DNA of 64,000 bases from Escherichia coli (GTDB lineage: Bacteria > Pseudomonadota > Gammaproteobacteria > Enterobacterales > Enterobacteriaceae): NCBI RefSeq assembly GCF_030013205.1, contig NZ_CP122648.1, one strand, 5' to 3'. This document shows, in pieces, positions 8,819 to 20,104 of the stretch. The notes under the pieces are model-generated. The model had not been told where the DNA came from. It saw only the letters and a list, made by a program, of their open reading frames with translations, and did no database searches. The position numbers were made by a program, and so were the translations under genes. The number at the start of each line of letters is the position of its first letter. The stretch's first letter is position 1.

Positions 8819-10153
8819 ATGAGTTCTGCCAAGAAGATCGGGCTATTTGCCTGTACCGGTGTTGTTGCCGGTAATATGATGGGGAGCGGTATTGCATTAT
8901 TACCTGCGAACCTAGCAAGTATCGGTGGTATTGCTATCTGGGGTTGGATTATCTCTATTATTGGTGCAATGTCGCTGGCGTATGTATATGCCCGACTGGC
9001 AACAAAAAACCCGCAACAAGGTGGCCCAATTGCTTATGCCGGAGAAATTTCCCCTGCATTTGGTTTTCAGACAGGTGTTCTTTATTACCATGCTAACTGG
9101 ATTGGTAACCTGGCGATTGGTATTACCGCTGTATCTTATCTTTCCACCTTCTTCCCAGTATTAAATGATCCTGTTCCGGCGGGTATCGCCTGTATTGCTA
9201 TCGTCTGGGTATTTACCTTTGTAAATATGCTCGGCGGTACCTGGGTAAGCCGTTTAACCACTATTGGTCTGGTGCTGGTTCTTATTCCTGTGGTAATGAC
9301 AGCTATTGTTGGCTGGCATTGGTTTGATGCTGCGACTTATGCTGCTAACTGGAATACTGCGGATACCACTGATGGTCATGCGATCATTAAAAGTATTCTG
9401 CTCTGCCTGTGGGCCTTCGTGGGTGTTGAATCCGCAGCTGTAAGTACTGGTATGGTTAAAAACCCGAAACGTACCGTTCCGCTGGCAACCATGCTGGGTA
9501 CTGGTTTAGCAGGTATTGTTTATATCGCTGCGACTCAGGTGCTTTCCGGTATGTATCCGTCTTCTGTAATGGCAGCTTCCGGTGCTCCGTTTGCAATCAG
9601 TGCTTCAACTATCCTCGGTAACTGGGCTGCGCCGCTGGTTTCTGCATTCACCGCCTTTGCGTGCCTGACTTCTCTGGGCTCCTGGATGATGTTGGTAGGC
9701 CAGGCAGGTGTACGTGCCGCTAACGACGGTAACTTCCCGAAAGTTTATGGTGAAGTCGACAGCAACGGTATTCCGAAAAAAGGTCTGCTGCTGGCTGCAG
9801 TGAAAATGACTGCCCTGATGATCCTCATCACTCTGATGAACTCTGCCGGTGGTAAAGCATCTGACCTGTTCGGTGAACTGACCGGTATCGCAGTACTGCT
9901 GACTATGCTGCCGTACTTCTACTCTTGCGTTGACCTGATTCGTTTTGAAGGCGTTAACATCCGCAACTTTGTCAGCCTGATCTGCTCTGTACTGGGTTGC
10001 GTGTTCTGCTTCATCGCGCTGATGGGCGCAAGCTCCTTCGAGCTGGCAGGTACCTTCATCGTCAGCCTGATTATCCTGATGTTCTACGCTCGCAAAATGC
10101 ACGAGCGCCAGAGCCACTCAATGGATAACCACACAGCGTCTAACGCACATTAA
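8819..10153 (+). CDS. cadB: Lysine/cadaverine antiporter
   Basis: 444 aa APC-family transporter; matches K-12 CadB. Confidence 0.95.
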   Translation: MSSAKKIGLFACTGVVAGNMMGSGIALLPANLASIGGIAIWGWIISIIGAMSLAYVYARLATKNPQQGGPIAYAGEISPAFGFQTGVLYYHANWIGNLAIGITAVSYLSTFFPVLNDPVPAGIACIAIVWVFTFVNMLGGTWVSRLTTIGLVLVLIPVVMTAIVGWHWFDAATYAANWNTADTTDGHAIIKSILLCLWAFVGVESAAVSTGMVKNPKRTVPLATMLGTGLAGIVYIAATQVLSGMYPSSVMAASGAPFAISASTILGNWAAPLVSAFTAFACLTSLGSWMMLVGQAGVRAANDGNFPKVYGEVDSNGIPKKGLLLAAVKMTALMILITLMNSAGGKASDLFGELTGIAVLLTMLPYFYSCVDLIRFEGVNIRNFVSLICSVLGCVFCFIALMGASSFELAGTFIVSLIILMFYARKMHERQSHSMDNHTASNAH

Positions 10154-10232
10154 TTAAAAGTATTTTCCGAGGCTCCTCCTTTCATTTTGTCCCATGTGTT
10201 GGGAGGGGCCTTTTTTACCTGGAGATATGACT

Positions 10233-12380
10233 ATGAACGTTATTGCAATATTGAATCACATGGGGGTTTATTTTAAAGAAGAACCCATCCGTGAACTTCA
10301 TCGCGCGCTTGAACGTCTGAACTTCCAGATTGTTTACCCGAACGACCGTGACGACTTATTAAAACTGATCGAAAACAATGCGCGTCTGTGCGGCGTTATT
10401 TTTGACTGGGATAAATATAATCTCGAGCTGTGCGAAGAAATTAGCAAAATGAACGAGAACCTGCCGTTGTACGCGTTCGCTAATACGTATTCCACTCTCG
10501 ATGTAAGCCTGAATGACCTGCGTTTACAGATTAGCTTCTTTGAATATGCGCTGGGTGCTGCTGAAGATATTGCTAATAAGATCAAGCAGACCACTGACGA
10601 ATATATCAACACTATTCTGCCTCCGCTGACCAAAGCACTGTTTAAATATGTTCGTGAAGGTAAATATACTTTCTGTACTCCTGGTCACATGGGCGGTACT
10701 GCATTCCAGAAAAGCCCGGTAGGTAGCCTGTTCTATGATTTCTTTGGTCCGAACACCATGAAATCTGATATTTCCATTTCAGTATCTGAACTGGGTTCTC
10801 TGCTGGATCACAGTGGTCCACACAAAGAAGCAGAACAGTATATCGCTCGCGTCTTTAACGCAGACCGCAGCTACATGGTGACCAACGGTACTTCCACTGC
10901 GAACAAAATTGTTGGTATGTACTCTGCTCCGGCAGGCAGCACCATTCTGATTGACCGTAACTGCCACAAATCGCTGACCCACCTGATGATGATGAGCGAT
11001 GTTACGCCAATCTATTTCCGCCCGACCCGTAACGCTTACGGTATTCTTGGTGGTATCCCACAGAGTGAATTCCAGCACGCTACCATTGCTAAGCGTGTGA
11101 AAGAAACACCAAACGCAACCTGGCCGGTACATGCCGTAATTACTAACTCTACCTATGATGGTCTGCTGTACAACACCGACTTCATCAAGAAAACACTGGA
11201 TGTGAAATCCATCCACTTTGACTCCGCGTGGGTGCCTTACACCAACTTCTCACCGATTTACGAAGGTAAATGCGGTATGAGCGGTGGCCGTGTAGAAGGG
11301 AAAGTGATTTACGAAACCCAGTCCACTCACAAACTGCTGGCGGCGTTCTCTCAGGCTTCCATGATCCACGTTAAAGGTGACGTAAACGAAGAAACCTTTA
11401 ACGAAGCCTACATGATGCACACCACCACTTCTCCGCACTACGGTATCGTGGCGTCCACTGAAACCGCTGCGGCGATGATGAAAGGTAATGCTGGTAAGCG
11501 TCTGATCAACGGTTCCATTGAACGTGCGATCAAATTCCGTAAAGAGATCAAACGCCTGAGAACGGAATCTGATGGCTGGTTCTTTGATGTATGGCAGCCG
11601 GATCATATCGATACGACTGAATGCTGGCCGCTGCGTTCTGACAGCACCTGGCACGGCTTCAAAAACATCGATAACGAGCACATGTATCTTGACCCGATCA
11701 AAGTCACCCTGCTGACTCCGGGGATGGAAAAAGACGGCACCATGAGCGACTTTGGTATTCCGGCCAGCATCGTGGCGAAATACCTCGACGAACATGGCAT
11801 CGTTGTTGAGAAAACCGGTCCGTATAACCTGCTGTTCCTGTTCAGCATCGGTATCGATAAGACCAAAGCACTGAGCCTGCTGCGTGCTCTGACAGACTTC
11901 AAACGTGCGTTCGATCTGAACCTGCGTGTGAAAAACATGCTGCCGTCTCTGTATCGTGAAGATCCTGAATTCTATGAAAACATGCGTATTCAGGAACTGG
12001 CTCAGAATATCCACAAACTGATTGTTCACCACAATCTGCCGGATCTGATGTATCGCGCATTTGAAGTTCTGCCGACCATGGTAATGACTCCGTATGCTGC
12101 GTTCCAGAAAGAGCTGCACGGTATGACCGAAGAAGTTTACCTCGACGAAATGGTAGGTCGTATTAACGCCAATATGATCCTTCCGTATCCGCCGGGAGTT
12201 CCTCTGGTAATGCCGGGTGAAATGATCACCGAAGAAAGCCGTCCGGTTCTGGAGTTCCTGCAGATGCTGTGTGAAATCGGCGCTCACTATCCGGGCTTTG
12301 AAACCGATATTCACGGTGCATACCGTCAGGCTGATGGCCGCTATACCGTTAAGGTATTGAAAGAAGAAAGCAAAAAATAA
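10233..12380 (+). CDS. cadA: Inducible lysine decarboxylase
   Basis: 715 aa from MNVIAILNHMGVYF; PLP motif STHKLL; matches K-12 CadA. Confidence 0.95.
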   Translation: MNVIAILNHMGVYFKEEPIRELHRALERLNFQIVYPNDRDDLLKLIENNARLCGVIFDWDKYNLELCEEISKMNENLPLYAFANTYSTLDVSLNDLRLQISFFEYALGAAEDIANKIKQTTDEYINTILPPLTKALFKYVREGKYTFCTPGHMGGTAFQKSPVGSLFYDFFGPNTMKSDISISVSELGSLLDHSGPHKEAEQYIARVFNADRSYMVTNGTSTANKIVGMYSAPAGSTILIDRNCHKSLTHLMMMSDVTPIYFRPTRNAYGILGGIPQSEFQHATIAKRVKETPNATWPVHAVITNSTYDGLLYNTDFIKKTLDVKSIHFDSAWVPYTNFSPIYEGKCGMSGGRVEGKVIYETQSTHKLLAAFSQASMIHVKGDVNEETFNEAYMMHTTTSPHYGIVASTETAAAMMKGNAGKRLINGSIERAIKFRKEIKRLRTESDGWFFDVWQPDHIDTTECWPLRSDSTWHGFKNIDNEHMYLDPIKVTLLTPGMEKDGTMSDFGIPASIVAKYLDEHGIVVEKTGPYNLLFLFSIGIDKTKALSLLRALTDFKRAFDLNLRVKNMLPSLYREDPEFYENMRIQELAQNIHKLIVHHNLPDLMYRAFEVLPTMVMTPYAAFQKELHGMTEEVYLDEMVGRINANMILPYPPGVPLVMPGEMITEESRPVLEFLQMLCEIGAHYPGFETDIHGAYRQADGRYTVKVLKEESKK

Positions 12381-12391
12381 TTAGCTCGTAC

Positions 12392-12422
12392 AAGGGAAGT
12401 GGCTTGCCACTTCCCTTTTTTG
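12392..12422 (+). terminator. cadBA operon terminator
   Basis: gggaagtgg / ccacttccc hairpin followed by tttttt. Confidence 0.7.
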
Positions 12423-12438
12423 CTCATAAGGAGAACAC

Positions 12439-13896
12439 ATGAAAACACCCTCACAGCCGCGCGCGATATACTATATCGTGGCGATCCAAATCTGGGAGTA
12501 CTTCAGTTTTTACGGCATGCGTGCCTTACTCATTCTCTATCTCACCCATCAGCTTGGTTTTGATGATAACCATGCCATCAGCCTGTTCAGCGCATATGCA
12601 TCTCTGGTTTACGTTACCCCTATTCTCGGCGGCTGGCTTGCCGACCGCCTGCTCGGCAACCGCACTGCAGTGATTGCCGGCGCGCTGTTAATGACCCTTG
12701 GCCATGTGGTGCTGGGCATTGATACAAATTCAACTTTTAGCCTGTATCTGGCGCTGGCAATCATTATTTGTGGCTACGGTTTATTCAAATCAAACATCAG
12801 CTGTTTGCTTGGCGAGCTCTACGACGAGAACGATCATCGACGTGATGGCGGTTTTTCGCTGCTGTATGCTGCGGGCAATATCGGTTCTATCGCAGCCCCA
12901 ATCGCCTGCGGCCTGGCTGCTCAGTGGTATGGATGGCATGTTGGCTTTGCCCTTGCGGGTGGCGGCATGTTTATCGGTTTGTTGATTTTCTTAAGCGGTC
13001 ATCGTCATTTCCAGTCCACGCGTAGTATGGATAAAAAAGCGCTAACAAGCGTTAAATTTGCCTTACCAGTATGGAGCTGGTTAGTGGTGATGCTCTGTTT
13101 AGCCCCTGTATTTTTTACCCTGCTGCTGGAGAACGACTGGTCAGGATATTTGCTGGCGATCGTTTGCCTCATTGCCGCACAAATCATTGCCCGCATGATG
13201 ATCAAATTCCCCGAACACCGCCGTGCTCTTTGGCAAATTGTATTGTTGATGTTTGTCGGGACATTGTTCTGGGTACTGGCACAACAGGGCGGCAGTACCA
13301 TCAGCCTGTTTATCGATCGATTTGTGAATCGTCAGGCATTCAATATTGAAGTACCTACTGCACTATTCCAGTCGGTGAACGCAATTGCGGTGATGCTCGC
13401 TGGGGTTGTACTTGCCTGGCTGGCATCGCCAGAAAGCCACGGTAACTCAACATTGCGCGTCTGGCTGAAGTTTGCCTTTGGTTTACTGCTGATGGCTTGT
13501 GGCTTTATGTTGCTGGCATTTGATGCCCGACATGCAGCGGCTGACGGTCAAGCGTCAATGGGCGTGATGATATCCGGGCTGGCGCTAATGGGCTTTGCCG
13601 AACTCTTTATTGACCCGGTGGCGATTGCGCAAATCACGCGTCTGAAAATGTCTGGCGTATTAACCGGTATTTATATGCTGGCAACAGGCGCGGTCGCCAA
13701 CTGGCTGGCAGGCGTCGTGGCACAGCAGACGACAGAGTCGCAAATTAGCGGTATGGCAATTGCCGCTTACCAGCGATTCTTTTCTCAAATGGGAGAGTGG
13801 ACGTTGGCTTGTGTCGCGATCATCGTCGTATTGGCCTTTGCTGCCCGTTTTCTGTTTAGCACGCCGACGAATATGATACAGGAGAGCAACGATTAA
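12439..13896 (+). CDS. dtpC: Dipeptide/tripeptide:H+ symporter (POT family)
   Basis: 485 aa, polytopic membrane protein; matches K-12 DtpC (YjdL). Confidence 0.9.
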   Translation: MKTPSQPRAIYYIVAIQIWEYFSFYGMRALLILYLTHQLGFDDNHAISLFSAYASLVYVTPILGGWLADRLLGNRTAVIAGALLMTLGHVVLGIDTNSTFSLYLALAIIICGYGLFKSNISCLLGELYDENDHRRDGGFSLLYAAGNIGSIAAPIACGLAAQWYGWHVGFALAGGGMFIGLLIFLSGHRHFQSTRSMDKKALTSVKFALPVWSWLVVMLCLAPVFFTLLLENDWSGYLLAIVCLIAAQIIARMMIKFPEHRRALWQIVLLMFVGTLFWVLAQQGGSTISLFIDRFVNRQAFNIEVPTALFQSVNAIAVMLAGVVLAWLASPESHGNSTLRVWLKFAFGLLLMACGFMLLAFDARHAAADGQASMGVMISGLALMGFAELFIDPVAIAQITRLKMSGVLTGIYMLATGAVANWLAGVVAQQTTESQISGMAIAAYQRFFSQMGEWTLACVAIIVVLAFAARFLFSTPTNMIQESND

Positions 13897-14132
13897 CTGT
13901 CGTAAAAACAATTGGTTATGAATAAATTAACTTTCAGTTTATCACACTAGTAAATTGAGATTAATAAGTCATTTAAACCATTTTTATGGTTATTTATTAG
14001 TGATATCAACTTGAGGTAAGCGTTAGTTTCGATAAGATAAACTGAGTTATTAATAGTCGAGGCAGATAATACAGTGTACCGATCTGTCTCTTTATCTACG
14101 CTAAATTGAAAGCTGGATTTAGAGGAACCAAA

Positions 14133-15650
14133 ATGTCTGAACAAGAAACACGGGGAGCCAATGAGGCTATTGATTTTAACGATGAACTGAGAAATCGCCG
14201 CGAAAAACTGGCGGCACTGCGTCAGCAAGGTGTGGCGTTTCCTAATGATTTTCGCCGCGACCATACCTCTGACCAGTTGCACGAAGAGTTTGATGCGAAG
14301 GATAACCAGGAACTGGAATCCTTAAACATTGAAGTCTCGGTTGCTGGCCGAATGATGACCCGTCGTATCATGGGGAAAGCCTCCTTTGTAACGTTGCAGG
14401 ATGTCGGTGGCCGTATTCAACTGTACGTTGCAAGAGATAGCCTGCCAGAAGGTGTTTATAACGATCAGTTTAAAAAATGGGATCTGGGTGACATTATCGG
14501 TGCCCGCGGTACGCTGTTTAAGACGCAAACCGGTGAGCTTTCCATTCACTGTACTGAGCTGCGCCTGCTGACTAAAGCACTACGTCCTTTACCAGATAAA
14601 TTCCATGGTCTGCAGGATCAGGAAGTCCGTTATCGTCAACGTTATCTGGACCTCATCGCTAACGATAAATCCCGTCAAACGTTTGTTGTCCGTTCAAAAA
14701 TTCTGGCCGCTATCCGTCAGTTCATGGTCGCGCGCGGCTTTATGGAAGTAGAAACCCCGATGATGCAGGTAATTCCAGGTGGGGCATCTGCTCGCCCGTT
14801 TATTACCCATCATAACGCTCTGGATTTAGATATGTACCTGCGTATCGCGCCGGAGCTGTATCTGAAACGTCTGGTTGTAGGCGGTTTTGAACGGGTATTC
14901 GAAATCAACCGTAACTTCCGTAATGAAGGTATTTCTGTTCGCCATAATCCTGAGTTCACAATGATGGAACTCTACATGGCGTATGCGGATTACCACGATT
15001 TGATTGAACTGACGGAGTCCCTGTTCCGCACCCTGGCACAAGAAGTTCTGGGTACCACTAAAGTCACTTATGGCGAGCATGTGTTTGATTTCGGCAAACC
15101 GTTTGAAAAACTCACCATGCGCGAAGCAATCAAAAAATATCGTCCAGAAACCGATATGGCCGACCTGGATAATTTTGATGCTGCTAAAGCATTAGCTGAA
15201 TCTATCGGAATTACGGTAGAGAAAAGCTGGGGGCTGGGACGTATTGTCACAGAGATCTTTGATGAAGTGGCAGAAGCACATCTGATTCAGCCAACCTTTA
15301 TTACGGAATATCCGGCAGAAGTGTCCCCGCTGGCGCGCCGTAATGATGTTAACCCGGAAATCACCGACCGTTTTGAATTCTTCATCGGTGGTCGTGAAAT
15401 CGGTAATGGTTTTAGCGAATTAAACGACGCAGAAGATCAGGCTGAACGTTTCCAGGAACAGGTTAACGCTAAAGCTGCAGGTGACGACGAAGCCATGTTC
15501 TATGACGAAGATTACGTGACTGCGCTGGAATATGGTCTGCCGCCAACCGCTGGTCTGGGTATTGGTATCGACCGAATGATTATGCTGTTTACAAACAGTC
15601 ATACTATTCGCGACGTTATTCTCTTCCCGGCGATGCGCCCACAGAAATAA
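14133..15650 (+). CDS. lysU: Lysyl-tRNA synthetase, inducible
   Basis: 505 aa from [12 protein letters not shown]; class II aaRS motifs. Confidence 0.9.
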
Positions 15651-15664
15651 ATTTCACTTAAATG

Positions 15665-15693
15665 AACGAAGCAGTCAGGCGACTGCTTCGTTC
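15665..15693. terminator. Hairpin between convergent lysU and ghoT
   Basis: gaacgaagcagtc / gactgcttcgttc 13-bp stem. Confidence 0.45.
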
Positions 15694-15768
15694 GTCGTTC
15701 CGCAAATCCAGTTATGAGGAGAGACGCTTCGTTTCAAGATAACCAGCGGGTCCACTCAACTACAGCTC

Positions 15769-15942
15769 CTAAAAGAGAGAAAAAAGTAATGCCACAGGCA
15801 GACTCATTGGCCAGGTTATTCCGACCAGGAATGCACTAAGTAAACGAATATGTGTTTTCTCATGTGAGATAAACCAGATAATGACAAAGGATATGTTCAC
15901 ACCAATCACATAAAAAATTAATATTTTAGAGAATAGTGCCAT
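15769..15942 (-). CDS. ghoT: GhoT, type V toxin membrane peptide
   Basis: Not in ORF track (57 aa); reverse complement translates to MALFSKILIFYVIGVNISFVIIWFISHEKTHIRLLSAFLVGITWPMSLPVALLFSLF. Confidence 0.8.
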   Translation of the reverse strand: MALFSKILIFYVIGVNISFVIIWFISHEKTHIRLLSAFLVGITWPMSLPVALLFSLF

Positions 15943-15969
15943 TTTTTATGTTCTTCTTATCCTTCCTGG

Positions 15970-16266
15970 CTACTTGTAAAACTGACGGAAATAATCATCA
16001 ACTGTCATAATGTTGAGGTCAAAGTCAATATCCGGTAAGTCTAAGCATTTAAGCCTGATTAAATCTTCGATTTCACTTGCGGCTAACGATGTCGTTATTG
16101 CGAAGGAGTTTTCATTCAATTGTCGTGGTATCCCATATTCATCAGCCACGATAGAGGAGAAATTCATATCATACATCAATGATCTTAACCTTAAGAACAC
16201 TGAGGAATAAGATGATGGATAATCAAAAGAAACAACATAAGTATTGAACTTGTTTTTACCTTCCAT
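15970..16266 (-). CDS. ghoS: GhoS, type V antitoxin endoribonuclease
   Basis: 98 aa MEGKNKFNTYVVSFDYPSSY...; directly upstream of ghoT on the same strand. Confidence 0.85.
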   Translation of the reverse strand: MEGKNKFNTYVVSFDYPSSYSSVFLRLRSLMYDMNFSSIVADEYGIPRQLNENSFAITTSLAASEIEDLIRLKCLDLPDIDFDLNIMTVDDYFRQFYK

Positions 16267-16492
16267 AATATGACTCCTATCAATATTGAACGCTCTGGGG
16301 ACGCAAAACTTATTAACCCCGATCGATGATTTTCATATAGGAGATATTCTTTTTTTTGCTCAGTAAAGGGGATGACTTGGGACAAAAAAACGCTCTCTCT
16401 GCCCATTCTTTGTGCATCCCCCTACCCTTCAGATGCTCTCCTGCATCACACCGCGGAGAGCATGAAAAATATCGTGACTCTGTACTCTCCCA

Positions 16493-16765
16493 TCAACTGC
16501 GAATATCATCATACTCCCGCGTTTTATCAAATTCGTGTTTCGCAAATGGGCATAGTGGGATAATTTTTCGTTTTTCCCGACGCATTTTTTCCACGACTTT
16601 CGCAACCAGCTGTTTACCAATCCCCTGCCCTTTCAGGCTTTCATCGACATCGGTATGTTCGATAATCGCTAAATTCTCTCCGGTCGGCACAAAGACAATT
16701 TCAGCGATTTGCTTGCCTTGTTCGTCATTAATGTAAAATTTATTGTGGCCTTCGCGTATTTCCAT
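16493..16765 (-). CDS. yjdJ: GNAT-family acetyltransferase
   Basis: 90 aa with Q/RxxGxG/A acetyl-CoA motif (GQGIGKQL). Confidence 0.8.
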   Translation of the reverse strand: MEIREGHNKFYINDEQGKQIAEIVFVPTGENLAIIEHTDVDESLKGQGIGKQLVAKVVEKMRREKRKIIPLCPFAKHEFDKTREYDDIRS

Positions 16766-16776
16766 TTTACCCTCGC

Positions 16777-17007
16777 TTATTTATGACGGTATTTCAGCGC
16801 GCCGCTCGGGCACGTATCAATCACTTTAACCACAGTGGTGACGTCAACTTCATCCGGCATGATCCACGGCTTTCGTTTGAGATTAAATAACTTGCCGTTG
16901 CCACGTACGCAATTGCCAGAATGCTGACATATCGCAGTGTTGAACCAGACATCGATCTTTTCGCCGGTATAGCAGCGATAACCACCGTCCAGTAGATCCT
17001 GATCCAT
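16777..17007 (-). CDS. yjdI: Small Cys-rich protein YjdI
   Basis: 76 aa from [13 protein letters not shown]; ORF track gives a longer upstream start. Confidence 0.7.
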   Translation of the reverse strand: MDQDLLDGGYRCYTGEKIDVWFNTAICQHSGNCVRGNGKLFNLKRKPWIMPDEVDVTTVVKVIDTCPSGALKYRHK

Positions 17008-17186
17008 GACCTTCCCCCTCTCATCAGTATGGTTTTCGCAATAAGCATAGCCCGGAATCTTCATACCGCACCGGCAGTTTCAGTTTCCAGAGCCTCTTCC
17101 CCTATATAGCCAATCATTCTTACTCCCTTTGAATTACCCGCCTCATCAGAGATAATGCTTAAGAAATTTGTCACACAAGGAAGCTG

Positions 17187-18818
17187 ATGAGACATTCATT
17201 GCCCTACCGCATGTTACGCAAACGTCCGATGAAATTGAGTACCACAGTGATCTTAATGGTCAGCGCGGTACTGTTCTCGGTGCTATTGGTGGTGCATCTG
17301 ATTTACTTCTCGCAAATCAGTGATATGACGCGAGACGGGCTAGCCAACAAGGCACTGGCGGTGGCGCGTACCCTCGCCGACTCGCCGGAAATCCGTCAGG
17401 GCTTGCAGAAAAAACCGCAGGAGAGTGGAATCCAGGCCATCGCGGAAGCCGTACGCAAACGCAACGATCTGCTGTTTATTGTCGTTACCGATATGCAAAG
17501 TCTTCGCTACTCGCACCCTGAAGCCCAGCGTATTGGTCAGCCATTTAAAGGTGATGACATCCTTAAGGCGCTGAATGGCGAAGAAAATGTCGCTATCAAT
17601 CGCGGTTTTCTGGCGCAGGCTTTACGCGTATTTACCCCCATCTACGATGAAAATCATAAACAAATTGGCGTGGTGGCGATCGGCCTTGAGTTAAGTCGCG
17701 TGACCCAACAGATCAATGACAGTCGCTGGAGCATTATCTGGTCGGTATTATTTGGCATGCTGGTCGGACTGATTGGCACCTGCATTCTGGTTAACGTACT
17801 GAAAAAAATTCTTTTTGGCCTGGAACCCTACGAAATCTCCACGCTGTTTGAGCAGCGCCAGGCCATGTTGCAGTCCATCAAAGAAGGCGTCGTTGCCGTG
17901 GACGATCGCGGCGAGGTCACGCTGATCAACGATGCCGCACAAGAATTGCTGAATTACCGTAAGTCGCAGGACGATGAGAAACTGTCGACGCTAAGCCACT
18001 CGTGGTCACAGGTGGTAGATGTCTCGGAAGTGTTACGCGACGGTACCCCGCGCCGCGACGAAGAGATTACGATTAAAGATCGGCTATTACTGATCAACAC
18101 CGTTCCGGTGCGCAGTAATGGCGTTATCATCGGTGCCATTTCAACCTTCAGGGACAAAACTGAAGTACGTAAACTGATGCAGCGACTCGATGGTCTGGTC
18201 AACTATGCTGACGCACTTCGTGAACGATCCCACGAATTTATGAATAAATTGCATGTGATTCTCGGATTATTGCATCTGAAGAGTTATAAGCAGTTGGAAG
18301 ATTACATTCTCAAAACAGCCAATAACTATCAGGAAGAGATTGGCTCTCTGCTGGGTAAGATCAAATCTCCGGTTATCGCTGGTTTTTTAATCAGCAAGAT
18401 TAACCGCGCGACCGATTTAGGCCATACGCTGATTTTAAACAGTGAAAGCCAGCTGCCAGACAGCGGTAGTGAGGATCAGGTCGCGACGCTGATTACCACG
18501 TTGGGAAATCTGATAGAAAACGCGCTGGAGGCATTAGGACCGGAACCCGGTGGCGAAATTAGCGTAACATTGCACTACCGTCACGGCTGGCTGCACTGCG
18601 AAGTTAACGATGATGGACCGGGGATCGCACCCGACAAAATCGATCACATTTTTGACAAAGGTGTCTCGACAAAAGGAAGCGAGCGAGGCGTCGGTTTAGC
18701 ACTTGTCAAACAACAGGTAGAAAATCTCGGCGGCAGCATCGCCGTGGAATCGGAACCCGGGATTTTCACACAATTTTTTGTCCAGATACCCTGGGACGGG
18801 GAGAGGTCGAACAGATGA
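17187..18818 (+). CDS. dcuS: C4-dicarboxylate sensor histidine kinase
   Basis: 543 aa; two transmembrane segments, periplasmic sensor, PAS and HATPase regions. Confidence 0.95.
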   Translation: MRHSLPYRMLRKRPMKLSTTVILMVSAVLFSVLLVVHLIYFSQISDMTRDGLANKALAVARTLADSPEIRQGLQKKPQESGIQAIAEAVRKRNDLLFIVVTDMQSLRYSHPEAQRIGQPFKGDDILKALNGEENVAINRGFLAQALRVFTPIYDENHKQIGVVAIGLELSRVTQQINDSRWSIIWSVLFGMLVGLIGTCILVNVLKKILFGLEPYEISTLFEQRQAMLQSIKEGVVAVDDRGEVTLINDAAQELLNYRKSQDDEKLSTLSHSWSQVVDVSEVLRDGTPRRDEEITIKDRLLLINTVPVRSNGVIIGAISTFRDKTEVRKLMQRLDGLVNYADALRERSHEFMNKLHVILGLLHLKSYKQLEDYILKTANNYQEEIGSLLGKIKSPVIAGFLISKINRATDLGHTLILNSESQLPDSGSEDQVATLITTLGNLIENALEALGPEPGGEISVTLHYRHGWLHCEVNDDGPGIAPDKIDHIFDKGVSTKGSERGVGLALVKQQVENLGGSIAVESEPGIFTQFFVQIPWDGERSNR

Positions 18819-19534
18819 TCAATGTATTAATTATCGATGACGACGCAATGGTCGCGGAGCTGAATCGCCGATACGTGGCACAAATCCCGGGCTTTCAATG
18901 CTGTGGAACGGCTTCGACGCTGGAGAAAGCCAAAGAGATTATCTTCAATAGCGATACGCCTATCGACCTGATATTGCTAGATATCTATATGCAAAAAGAG
19001 AACGGGCTCGATTTACTGCCTGTCCTGCATAACGCGCGTTGCAAAAGTGATGTGATTGTCATCTCCTCCGCAGCCGATGCGGCAACCATTAAAGATTCGC
19101 TGCATTACGGTGTCGTGGATTACCTGATCAAACCCTTCCAGGCTTCCCGCTTTGAAGAGGCGCTCACCGGCTGGCGGCAAAAGAAAATGGCGCTGGAAAA
19201 ACATCAGTATTATGACCAGGCCGAGCTTGATCAGCTAATCCACGGCAGCAGCTCCAACGAGCAGGATCCTCGTCGCTTGCCAAAAGGCTTAACGCCGCAG
19301 ACGTTACGCACGCTGTGCCAGTGGATTGACGCGCATCAGGACTATGAGTTTTCAACCGACGAGCTGGCTAACGAGGTTAACATTTCGCGTGTTTCCTGCC
19401 GTAAATACCTCATCTGGCTGGTCAACTGCCACATCTTGTTCACCAGTATCCATTATGGCGTCACGGGGCGTCCGGTTTACCGTTACCGTATTCAGGCAGA
19501 ACACTACTCACTGCTGAAACAATATTGCCAATAA
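18815..19534 (+). CDS. dcuR: C4-dicarboxylate response regulator
   Basis: 239 aa; receiver domain (DDD...D) plus HTH; overlaps dcuS stop. Confidence 0.95.
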   Translation: MINVLIIDDDAMVAELNRRYVAQIPGFQCCGTASTLEKAKEIIFNSDTPIDLILLDIYMQKENGLDLLPVLHNARCKSDVIVISSAADAATIKDSLHYGVVDYLIKPFQASRFEEALTGWRQKKMALEKHQYYDQAELDQLIHGSSSNEQDPRRLPKGLTPQTLRTLCQWIDAHQDYEFSTDELANEVNISRVSCRKYLIWLVNCHILFTSIHYGVTGRPVYRYRIQAEHYSLLKQYCQ

Positions 19535-20104
19535 CGGATCGCTGGTTATCTGTAAGTAATAATTATTACTGTAATGCAAAATATTCCTGGCACAAGTTAC
19601 ATTCTTCATCAGTAAAACTTGTGCCAGATCAAATATAATTATCCCTCCATCATCGTTAAAAATTAATATCTCTTCAGATGAACGGTGTTTTTAATTTCAA
19701 AACGCTAACAAAAGTTAATTAACTATTATGTCACCCGCATTATGTGTATTTTTACCCACAAATGGGTAGATCAGATTAATCTATAAACCTAATGATATCT
19801 GCCCTGAGAACAAAAAATAGACCGATAAATATCAATAAGATAACAGCAAACAAAACATTAACATCTGCGCAGTACAAACTATAAACCCATCGCCAGAGAG
19901 TTTTTCTCTCTGAAAAAGCCGCTTATCACAGTGCATAAATTTGCCGCTGCTTTAATCAGCCAATATTCACTGTGAGGTATTTGCTAAAGCCGGTAACGAC
20001 CAAACGGATATTTAGTCAGGCTCTGAAAACAGTTCATACAAAACAGAACGTGACTGTGATCTATTCAGCAAAAATTTAAATAGGATTATCGCGAGGGTTC
20101 ACAC

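Noticed and set aside
11250-12314. 354-aa minus-strand ORF inside cadA
   Set aside because: Antisense shadow of cadA, whose identity is unambiguous.
16191-16406. 71-aa minus-strand ORF between ghoS and yjdJ
   Set aside because: Overlaps the ghoS start and promoter region; no supporting features.
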